From: Balanoglossus misakiensis
Taxonomy: Eukaryota > Animalia > Hemichordata
Assembly: GCA_040954595.2 (NCBI GenBank)
Contig: CM082598.2
Coordinates: forward strand, 7,517,097-7,581,096
Direction: 5' to 3'
DNA length: 64,000 nt
The position numbers and the translations under genes are program-made. Positions within the stretch are counted from its first letter, which is position 1; each line of letters opens with the position of its first letter. Below are positions 1-12,100 of this stretch, one piece after another. The notes under the pieces were generated by a model, which was given only the letters and a program-made list of their open reading frames with translations, did not search any database and was not told where the DNA came from.

Positions 1-3000
1 GGAATTTTCAGTCAATATTAAATACCCATGCAAATACATACAATACCTATGTCAAAGTGCAGAGCTTGCATCACCATCTTCTCTGATCTATCATTAAGCT
101 TGCTTCGCCATTTGCCCTAATGCAAAGAATTACATTCAATGTCACCATTGCATTAGCAATGTCAAATTACAGTGCGTTTGGCCACGTATTAACCCAGGGA
201 TTTACAATTAACTTGAAATCCCCATATGCATTAAATACCCATGTCAAAGCGAAGTGTTTGCATCACTATCTACCGTGATTCATCATCAAGCTTGCATCGC
301 CATTTACCCTGATGCAAAGAATCATATTCAATGTCACCGTTGCATTAGCAATGTCAAATTACAGTGCTTTTTGACACGTATTAACCCAGGAATTGACTCT
401 GACGCATCATCAAGCATGCTTCACAATTTGCCCTGATGCAAAGAATCAGTTTTAGTGTAACTATTGCATAAGCAATGTCAAATTACAGTGCTTTTGGACA
501 CGTATTAACCCAGGGATTTATAATCAACTTGAAATCCCCATATGCATGTTATACCTATGTCAAAGCGAAGTGTTTGCATCACTCTCTACCGTGATAATCA
601 TCAAGCTTGCTTCGCCATTTACCCTGATACAAAGAATCAGATTTAGTGTCACCATTGCATTAGCAATGTCAAATTACAGTGCTTTTGGCTACGTATTAAC
701 CTGGAGATTTACAGACAACTTCAAATACCCATGCATATGCATTAAATACCTATGTCAAAATGCAGTGTTTGCATCATCAAGCATGCTTCACTATTTGCCC
801 TGATGCAAAGAATCAGATTCAATGTCACCATCGCATTAGCAATTTTAAGTTACAGTGCTTTAAGACACAGATTAACTGAGGGATTTATAATCAACTTGAA
901 ATCCCCATATGCATTTTATACCCATGTCAAAGCGAAGTGTTTTCATCACTCTCTACCATTATGCATCATCAAGCCTGCATCGCCATTTACCCTGATGCAA
1001 AGAATCACATTCAATGTCACCATTGCATTAGCAATGTCAAATTACAGTGCTTTTGGACACGTATTAACCCAGGAATTTTCAGTCAACATTAAATACCCAT
1101 GCAAATACATTAAATACCTATGTCAAAGTGCAGAGCTTGCATCACCATCTACTCTGATCTATCATTAAGCTTGCTTCGCCATTTGCCCTAATGCAAAGAA
1201 TTACATTCAATGTCACCATTGCATTAGCAATGTCAAATTACAGTGCGTTTGGCCACGTATTAACCCAGGGATTTACAATTAACTTGAAATCCCCATATGC
1301 ATTAAATACCCATGTCAAAGCGAAGTGTTTTCATCACTCTCTACCATTATGCATCATCAAGCCTGCATCGCCATTTACCCTGATGCAAAGAATCACATTC
1401 AATGTCACCATTGCATTAGCAATGTCAAATTACAGTGCTTTTGGACACGTATTAACCCAGGAATTTTCAGTCAACATTAAATACCCATGCAAATACATTA
1501 AATACCTATGTCAAAGTGCGGAGCTTGCATCACCATCTACTCTGATCTATCATTAAGCGTGCTTCGCCATTTGCCCTAATGCAAAGAATCACATTCAATG
1601 TCACCATTGCATTAGCAATGTCAAATTACAGTGCGTTTGGCCACGTATTAACCCAGGGATTTACAATTAACTTGAAATCCCCATATGCATTAAATACCCA
1701 TGTCAAAGCGAAGTTTTTGCATCACTATCTACCGTGATTCATCATCAAGCTTGCATCGCCATTTACCCTGATGCAAAGAATCAGATTCAATGTCACCGTT
1801 GCATTAGCAATGTCAAATTACAGTGCTTTTTGACACGTATTAACCCAGTAATTGACTCTGACGCATTATCAAGCATGCTTCACAATTTGCCCTGATTCAA
1901 AGAATCAGTTTTGGTGTCACTATTGCATAAGCAATGTCAAATTACAGTGCTTTTGGACACGTATTAACCCAGGGATTTATAATCAACTTGAAATCCCCAT
2001 ATGCATGTTTTCCATATGTCAAAGCGAAGTGTTTGCATCACTCTCTACCGTGATGATCATCAAGCTTGCCTCGCCATTTACCCTGATACAAAGAATCAGA
2101 TTTAGTATCACCATTGCATTAGCAATGTCAAATTACAGTGCTTTTGGCTACGTATTAACCTGGAGATTTACAGACAACTTCAAATACCCATGCATATGCA
2201 TTAAATACCTATGTCAAAATGCAGTGTTTGCATCATCAAGCATGCTTCACTATTTGCCCTGATGCAAAGAATCAGATTCAATGTCACCATCGCATTAGCA
2301 ATTTTAAATTACAGTGCTTTACGACACAGATTAACTGAGGGATTTATAATCAACTTGAAATCCCCATATGCATTTTATACACATGTCAAAGCGAAGTGTT
2401 TTCATCACTCTCTACCAATATGCATCATCAAGCCTGCATCGCCATTTACCCTGATGCAAAGAATCACATTCAATGTCACCATTGCATTAGCAATGTCAAA
2501 TTACAGTGCTTTTGGACACGTATTAACCCAGGAATTTTCAGTCAACATTAAATACCCATGCAAATACATTAAATACCTATGTCAAAGTGCAGAGCTTGCA
2601 TCACCATCTACTCTGATCTATCATTAACCTTGCTTCGCCATTTGCCCTAATGCAAAGAATTACATTCAATGTCACCATTGCATTAGCAATGTCAAATTAC
2701 AGTGCGTTTGGCCACGTATCAACCCAGGGATTTACACTTAACTTGAAATCCCCATATGCATTAAATACCCATGTCAAAGCGAAGTGTTTGCATCACTATC
2801 AACCGTGATTCATCATCAAGCTTGCATCGCCATTTACCCTGATGCAAAGAATCAGATTCAATGTCACCGTTGCATTAGCAATGTCAAATTACAGTGCTTT
2901 TTAACACTTATTAACCCAGGAATTGTCTCTGACGCATCATCAAGCATGCTTCACAATTTGCCCTGAAGCAAAGAATCAGTTTTAGTGTCACTATTGCATA

Positions 3001-5282
3001 AGCAATGTCAAATTACAGTGCTTTTGGACACGTATTAACCCAGGGATTTATAATCAACTTGAAATCCCCATATGCATTAAATACCCATGTCAAAGCGAAG
3101 TGTTTGCAACACTCTCTACCGTGATAATCATCAAGCTTGCTTCGCCATTTACCCTGATACAAAGAATCACATTCAATGTCACCATTGCATTAGCAATGTC
3201 AAATTACAGTGCTTTTGGACACGTATTAACCCAGGAATTTTCAGTCAACATTAAATACCCATGCAAATACATTAAATACCTATGTCAAAGTGCAGAGCTT
3301 GCATCACCATCTACTCTGATCTATCATTAAGCTTGCTTCGCCATTTGCCCTAATGCAAAGAATTACATTCAATGTCACCATTGCATTAGCAATGTCAAAT
3401 TACAGTGCGTTTGGCCACGTATTAACCCAGGGATTTACAATTAACTTGAAATCCCCATATGCATTAAATACCCATGTCAAAGCTAAGTGTTTGCATCACT
3501 ATCTACCGTGATTCATCATCAAGCTTGCATCGCCATTTACCCTGATGCAAAGAATCAGATTCAATGTCACCGTTGCATTAGCAATGTCAAATTACAGTGC
3601 TTTTTGACACGTATTAACCCAGGAATTGATTCTGACGCATCATCAAGCATGCTTCACAATTTGCCCTGATGCAAAGAATCAGATTTAGTGTCACCATTGC
3701 ATTAGCAATGTCAAATTACAGTGCTTTTGGCTACGTATTAACCTGGAGATTTACAGACAACTTCAAATACCCATGCATATGCATTAAATACCTATGTCAA
3801 AATGCAGTGTTTGCATCATCAAGCATGCTTCACTATTTGCCCTGATGCAAAGAATCAGATTCAATGTCACCATCGCATTAGCAATTTTAAATTACAGTGC
3901 TTTTCGACACAGATTAACTGAGGAATTTATAATCAACTTGAAATCCCCATATGCATTTTATACCCATGTCAAAGCGAAGTGTTTTCATCACTCTCTACCA
4001 TTATGCATCATCAAGCCTGCATCACCATTTACCTGATGCAAAGAATCACATTCAATGTCACCATTGCATTAGCAATGTCAAATTACAGTGCTTTTGGACA
4101 CGTATTAACCCAGGAATTGATTCTGACGCATCATCAAGCATGCTTCACAATTTGCCCTGATGAAAAGAATCAGTTTTAGTGTCACTATTGCATAAGCAAT
4201 GTCAAATTACAGTGCTTTTGGACACGTATTAACCCAGGGATTTATAATCAACTTGAAATCCCCATATGCATGTTATACCTATGTCAAAGCGAAGTGTTTG
4301 CATCACTCTCTACCGTGATAATCATCAAGCTTGCTTCGCCATTTACCCTGATACAAAGAATCAGATTTAGTGTCACCATTGCATTAGCAATGTCAAATTA
4401 CAGTGCTTTTGGCTACGTATTAACCTGGAGATTTACAGACAACTTCAAATACCCATGCATATGCATTAAATACCTATGTCAAAATGCAGTGTTTGCATCA
4501 TCAAGCATGCTTCACTATTTGCCCTGATGCAAAGAATCAGATTCAATGTCACCATCGCATTAGCAATTTTAAATTACAGTGCTTTTCGACACAGATTAAC
4601 TGAGGGATTTATAATCAACTTGAAATCCCCATATGCATTTTATACCCATGTCAAAGCGAAGTGTTTGCATCACTCTCTACCATTATGCATCATCAAGCCT
4701 GCATCAACATTTACCCTGATGCAAAGAATCACATTCAATGTCACCATTGCATTAGCAATGTCAAATTACAGTGCTTTTGGACACGTATTAATCCAGGAAT
4801 TGATTCTGACGCATCATCAAGCATGCTTCACAATTTGCCCTGATGAAAAGAATCAGTTTTAGTGTCACTATTGCATAAGCAATCTCAAATTACAGTGCTT
4901 TTGGACACGTATTAACCCAGGGATTTATAATCAACTTGAAATCCCCATATGCATGTTATACCTAAGTCAAAGCGAAGTGTTTGCATCACTCTCTACCGTG
5001 ATAATCATCAAGCTTGCTTCGCCATTTACCCTGATACAAAGAATCAGATTTAGTGTCACCATTGCATTAGCAATGTCAAATTACAGTGCTTTTGGCTACG
5101 TATTAACCTGGAGATTTACAGACAACTTCAAATACCCATGCATATGCATTAAATACCTATGTCAAAATGCAGTGTTTGCATCATCAAGCATGCTTCACTA
5201 TTTGCCCTGATGCAAAGAATCAGATTCAATGTCACCATCGCATTAGCAATTTTAAATTACAGTGCTTTTCGACACAGATTAA

Positions 5283-6065
5283 GGCTGGATTCACAAACAC
5301 CTCTGGAGGGGGGGAGGGAGAATTCAATTTTTTTACCGCTAATTTTCACATGCCCCCCTTCCGAACTGCCAATATTTTCAAATCCCCCCTTTCCGAACTG
5401 CCAAAAGTTTGAAATCCCCCCCTCCCATTTTCTTACACAGAGCAAAACACATCACCTATCTATCTTGTAAAAAGAAAAACAGCGCTCCCATGAAAAGAAT
5501 TTGAAACTGATGTTTCCCCTCATCAGTGGGTAATAAAACTGCACATTGTTTTTATTTTTTAAGTACATATATTTGTATTCTGTGTTGGGAGACATTGTAA
5601 ACCGAGAATTGAAGGGGGTGGGTTTGGGAGGTGGTGTCCCCCTCCCACGTAAGAAAATTTTCTAAAATACAGAGCTCAAAGTTGCATTTTAATGAACCCG
5701 GCAAAAGCAAATTAACTCAACTACTGGTATGTTGGGGAGGACAAATTTAACCGTCGCCGCTCAAAGTTATCATGGAGTGGGGTCAAGTCCCCTGATCTGG
5801 GACACTAGATAAACCAATCAATGATTGAAAGGTGTTGATGAATGGAGGGGGTGGGAAAATTTTGTAAAATAAAGGGCGCGAAACTGCATTTTTGTGGACT
5901 CAAAATAAATATTTAGTCGTTAAAGTTTTCAAGTACCCCCCTTTCAGTCCCTAAATTATTTCAAATCCCCCCCTTTACATACCCTCAATTTTTTCAAATC
6001 CCCCCCCTCAATTCTCCTGCCCCCCCCCCCCCCCCCCCCCTCAAGAGGTGTTTGTGAATGCAGCC
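5283..6065 (+). mobile_element. Non-autonomous PIF/Harbinger-type MITE (783 bp), copy 1, inserted in the satellite
   Basis: TIR GGCTG(G/C)ATTCACAAACACCTCT...AGAGGTGTTTGTGAATGCAGCC. 3-bp TSD TAA at 5280-5282 and 6066-6068. Removing it restores the satellite motif CAGATTAACT(G/C)AGGG. Confidence 0.92.
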
Positions 6066-8384
6066 TAACTCAGGGATTTATAATCAACTTGAAATCCCCA
6101 TATGCATTTTATACCCATGTCAAAGCGAAGTGTTTTCATCACTCTCTACCATTATGCATCATCAAGCCTGCATCGCCATTTACCCTGATGCAAAGAATCA
6201 CATTCAATGTCACCATTGCATTAGCAATGTCAAATTACAGTGCTTTTGGACACGTATTAACCCAGGAATTTTCAGTCAACATTAAATACCCATGCAAATA
6301 CATTAAATACCTATGTCAAAGTGCAGAGCTTGCATCACCATCTACTCTTATCTATCATTAAGCTTGCTTCGCCATTTGCCTTAATGCAAAGAATTACATT
6401 CAATGTCACCATTGCATTAGCAATGTCAAATTACAGTGCGTTTGGCCACGTATTAACCCAGGGATTTACAATTAACTTGAAATCCCCATATGCATTAAAT
6501 ACCCATGTCAAAGCGAAGTGTTTGCATCACTATCTACCGTGATTCATCATCAAGCTTGCATCGCCATTTACCCTGATGCAAAGAATCAGATTCAATGTCA
6601 CCGTTGCATTAGCAATGTCAAATTACAGTGCTTTTGGACACGTATTAACCCAAGAATTGACTCTGACGCATCATCAAGCATGCTTCACAATTTGCCCTGA
6701 TGCAAAGAATCAGTTTTAGTGTCACTATTGCATAAGCAATGTCATATTACAGTGCTTTTGGACACGTATTAACCCAGGGATTTATAATCAACTGAAATCC
6801 CCATATGCATGTTATACCTATGTCAAAGCGAAGTGTTTGCATCACTCTCTACCGTGATAATCATCAAGCTTGCTTCGCCATTTACCCTGATACAAAGAAT
6901 CAGATTTAGTGTCACCATTGCATTAGCAATGTCAAATTACGGTGCTTTTGGCTATGTATTAACCTGGAGATTTACAGACAACTTCAAATACCCATGCATA
7001 TGCATTAAATACCTATGTCAAAATGCAGTGTTTGCATCATCAAGCATTCTTCACTATTTGCCCTGATGCAAAGAATCAGATTCAATGTCACGATCGCATT
7101 AGCAATTTTAAATTACAGTGCTTTTCGACACAGATTAACTGAGGGATTTATAATCAACTTGAAATCCCCATATGCATTTTATACCCATGTCAAAGCGAAG
7201 TGTTTTCATCACTCTCTACCATTATGCATCATCAAGCTTGCATCGCCATTTACCCTGATGCAAAGAATCACATTCCATGTCAACATTGCATTAGCAATGT
7301 CAAATTACAGTGCTTTTGGACATGTATTAACCCAGGAATTTTCTGTCAACATTAAATACCCATGCAAATACATTAAATACCTATGTCAAAGTGCAGAGCT
7401 TGCATCACCATCTACTCTGATCCATCATTAAGCTTGCTCCGCCATTTGCCCTAATGCAAAGAATTACATTCAATGTCACCATTGCATTAGCAATGTCAAA
7501 TTACAGTACGTTTGGCCACGTATTAACCCAGGGATTTACAATTAACTTGAAATCCCCATATGCATTAAATACCCATGTCAAAGCGAAGTGTTTGCATCAC
7601 TATCTACCGTGATTCATCATCAAGCTTGCATCGCCAATTACCCTGATGCAAAGAATCAGATTCAATGTCACCGTTGCATTAGCAATGACAAATTACAGTG
7701 CTTTTCGACACGTATTAACCCAGGAATTGACTCTGACGCATCATCAAGAATGCTTCACAATTTGCCCTGATGCAAAGAATCAGTTTTAGTGTCACTATTG
7801 CATAAGCAATGTCAAATTACAGTGCTTTTGGACACGTATTAACCCAGGGATTTATAATCAACTTGAAATCCCCATATGCATGTTATACCTATGTCAAAGC
7901 GAAGTGTTTGCATCACTCTCTACCGTGTTGATCATCAAGCTTGCTTTGCCATTTACCCTGATACAAAGAATCAGATTTAGTGTCACCATTGCATTAGCAA
8001 TGTCAAATTACAGTGCTTTTGGCTACGTATTAACCTGGAGATTTACAGACAACTTCAAATACCCATGCATATGCATTAAATACCTATGTCAAAGTGCAGA
8101 CCTTGCATCACATTCTACTCTGATGCATTATTAAGCTTGCTTCGCCATTTGCCCTAATGCAAAGAATCAGATTCAATGTCACCCTTGCATTAGCAATTTT
8201 AAATTACAGTGCTTTTCGACACGTATTAACTGAGGGATTTATAATCAACTTGAAATCCCCATATGCATGTTATACCTATGTCAAAGCGAAGTATTTGCAT
8301 CACTCTCTACCATTATGCACCATCAAGCCTGCATCGTCATTTACCCTGATGCAAAGAATCACATTCCATGTCAACATTGCATTA

Positions 8385-9199
8385 GGCTGCATTCACAAAC
8401 ACCTCTGGAGGGGGGGGGGGGGGGGGCAGGAGAATTGAGGGGGGGATTTGAAAAAATTGAGGGTATGTAAGGGGGGGGGGGATTTGAAATAATTTAGGGA
8501 CTGAAAGGGGGGGACTTGAAAACTTTAACGACAAAATATTTATTTTGAGTCCACAAAAATGCAGTTTCGCGCCCTTTATTTTACAAAATTTTCTAATGTG
8601 GGAGGGGGACACCCCCTCCCACACCCACCCCCTCCATTCATCAACACCTTTCAATCATTGACTGGTTTATCTAGTGTCCCAGGTCAGGGGACTTGCCCCA
8701 CCTCATGATAACTTTGAGCGGCAACGGTTAAATTTGTCCTCCCCAACATACCGGTAGTTGGGTTAATTTGCTTTTGCCGGGTTTATTAAAATGCAGCTTT
8801 GAGCTCTGTATTTAGAAAATTTTCTTACGTGGGAAGGGGACACCCCCTCCCAAACCCACCCCCTTCAATTCTCGGTTTACAATGTCTCCCAACACAGAAT
8901 ACAAATATATGTACTTAAAAAATAAAAACAATGTTCAGTTTTAATACCCACTGACGAGGGGAAACATCAGTTTCAAATTCTTTTCATGGGAGCGCTGTTT
9001 TTCTTTTTACAAGATAGATAGGTGATGTGTTTTGCTCTGTGAAAGAAAATGGTGGGGGGGGGGGATTTCAAAATTTTGGCAGTTCGGAAGGGGGGGGATT
9101 TGAAAATATTGGCAGTTCAGAAGGGGGGCATGTGAAAATTAGCGGTAAAAAAATTGAATTCTCCCGCCCCCCCCTCCAGAGGTGTTTGTGAATGCAGCC
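8385..9199 (-). mobile_element. PIF/Harbinger-type MITE (815 bp), copy 2, opposite orientation to copy 1
   Basis: Same ~30-bp TIR; the interior is the reverse complement of copy 1. TSD TTA at 8382-8384 and 9200-9202. The empty site GCATTAGCAATG is the standard satellite sequence. Confidence 0.92.
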
Positions 9200-12100
9200 T
9201 TAGCAATGTCAAATTACAGTGCTTTTGGACATGTATTAACCCAGGAATTTTCAGTCAACATTAAATACCCATGCAAATACATTAAATACCTATGTCAAAG
9301 TGCAGAGCTTGCATCACCATCTACTCTGATCCATCATTAAGCTTGCTCCGCCATTTGCCCTAATGCAAAGAATTACATTCAATGTCACCATTGCATTAGC
9401 AATGTCAAATTACAGTACGTTTGGCCACGTATTAACCCAGGGATTTACAATTAACTTGAAATCCCCATATGCATTAAATACCCATGTCAAAGCGAAGTGT
9501 TTGCATCACTATCTACCGTGATTCATCATCAAGCTTGCATCGCCATTTACCCTGATGCAAAGAATCAGATTCAATGTCACCATTGCATAAGCAATGTCAA
9601 ATTACAGTGCTTTTGGACACGTATTAACCCAGGGATTTATAATCAACTTGAAATCCCCATATGCATGTTATACCTATGTCAAAGCGAAGTGTTTGCATCA
9701 CTCTCTACCGTGATGATCATCAAGTTTGCTTCGCCATTTACCCTGATACAAAGAATCAGATTTAGTGTCACCATTGCATTAGCAATGTCAAATTACAGTG
9801 CTTTTGGCTACGTATTAACCTGGAGATTTACAGACAACTTCAAATACCCATGCATATGCATTAAATACCTATGTCAAAGTGCAGACCTTGCATCACATTC
9901 TACTCTGATGCATCATTAAGCTTGCTTCGCCATTTGCCGTAATGCAAAGAATCACATTCAATGTCACCCTTGCATTAGCAATTTTAAATTACAGTGCTTT
10001 TCGACACGTATTAACTGAGGGATTTATAATCAACTTGAAATCCCCATATGCATGTTATACCTATGTCAAAGCGAAGTGTTTGCATCACTCTCTACCATTA
10101 TGCACCATCAAGCCTGCATCGCCATTTACCCTGATGCAAAGAATCACATTCCATGTCAACATTGCATTAGCAATGTCAAATTACAGTGCTTTTGGACATG
10201 TATTAACCCAGGAATTTTCAGTCAACATTACATACCCATGCAAATACATTAAATACCTATGTCAAAGTGCAGAGCTTGCATCACCATCCACTCTGATCCA
10301 TCATTAAGCTTGCTTCGCCATTTTCCCTAATGCAAAGAATTACATTCAATGTCACCATTGCATTAGCAATGTCAAATTACAGTGCGTTTGGCCACGTATT
10401 AACCCAGGGATTTACAATTAACTTGAAATCCCCATATGCATTAAATACCCATGTCAAAGCGAAGTGTTTGCATCACTATCTACCGTGATTCATCATCAAG
10501 CTTGCATCGCCATTTACCCTGATGCAAAGAATCAGATTCAATGTCACCATTGCATAAGCAATGTCAAATTACAGTGCTTTTGGACACGTATTAACCCAGT
10601 GATTTATAATCAACTTGAAATCCCCATATGCATGTTATACCTATGTCAAAGCGAAGTGTTTGCATCACTCTCTACCGTGATGATCATCAAGCTTGCTTCG
10701 CCATTTACCCTGATACAAAGAATCAGATTTAGTGTCACCATTGCATTAGCAATGTCAAATTACAGTGCTTTTGGCTACGTATTAACCTGGAGATTTACAG
10801 ACAACTTCAAATACCCATGCATATGCATTAAATACCTATGTCAAAGTGCAGTGTTTGCATCATCAAGCATTCTTCACTATTTGCCCTGATGCAAAGAATC
10901 AGATTCAATGTCACGATCGCATTAGCAATTTTAAATTACAGTGCTTTTCGACACAGATTAACTGAGGGATTTATAATCAACTTGAAATCCCCATATGTAT
11001 TTTATACCTATGTCAAAGCGAAGTGTTTTCATCACTCTCTACCATTATGCATCATCAAGCCTGCATCGCCATTTACCCTGATGCAAAGAATCACATTCCA
11101 TGTCAACATTGCATTAGCAATGTCAAATTACAGTGCTTTTGGACACGTATTAACCCAGGGATTTATAATCAACTTGAAATCCCCATATGCATGTTATACC
11201 TATGTCAAAGCGAAGTGTTTTCATCACTCTCTACCATTATGCATCATCAAGCCTGCATCGCCATTTACCCTGATGCAAAGAATCACATTCCATGTCAACA
11301 TTGCATTAGCAATGTCAAATTACAGTGCTTTTGGACATGTATTAACCCAGGAATTTTCTGTCAACATTAAATACCCATGCAAATACATTAAATACCTATG
11401 TCAAAGTGCAGAGCTTGCATCACCATCTACTCTTATCTATCATTAAGCTTGCTTCGCCATTTGCCCTAATGCAAAGAATTACATTCAATGTCACCATTGC
11501 ATTAGCAATGTCAAATTACAGTGCGTTTGGCCACGTATTAACCCAGGGATTTACAATTAACTTGAAATCCCCATATGCATTAAATACCCATGTCAAAGCG
11601 AAGTGTTTGCATCACTATCTACCGTGATTCATCATCAAGCTTGCATCGCCAATTACCCTGATGCAAAGAATCAGATTCAATGTCACCGTTGCATTAGCAA
11701 TGACAAATTACAGTGCTTTTCGACACGTATTAACCCAGGAATTGACTCTGACGCATCATCAAGAATGCTTCACAATTTGCCCTGATGCAAAGAATCAGTT
11801 TTAGTGTCACTATTGCATAAGCAATGTCAAATTACAGTGCTTTTGGACACGTATTAACCCGGGGATTTATAATCAACTTGAAATCCCCATATGCATGTTA
11901 TACCTATGTCAAAGCGAAGTGTTTGCATCACTCTCTACCGTGTTGATCATCAAGCTTGCTTTGCCATTTACCCTGATACAAAGAATCAGATTTAGTGTCA
12001 CCATTGCATTAGCAATGTCAAATTACAGTGCTTTTGGCTACGTATTAACCTGGAGATTTACAGACAACTTCAAATACCCATGCATATGCATTAAATACCT

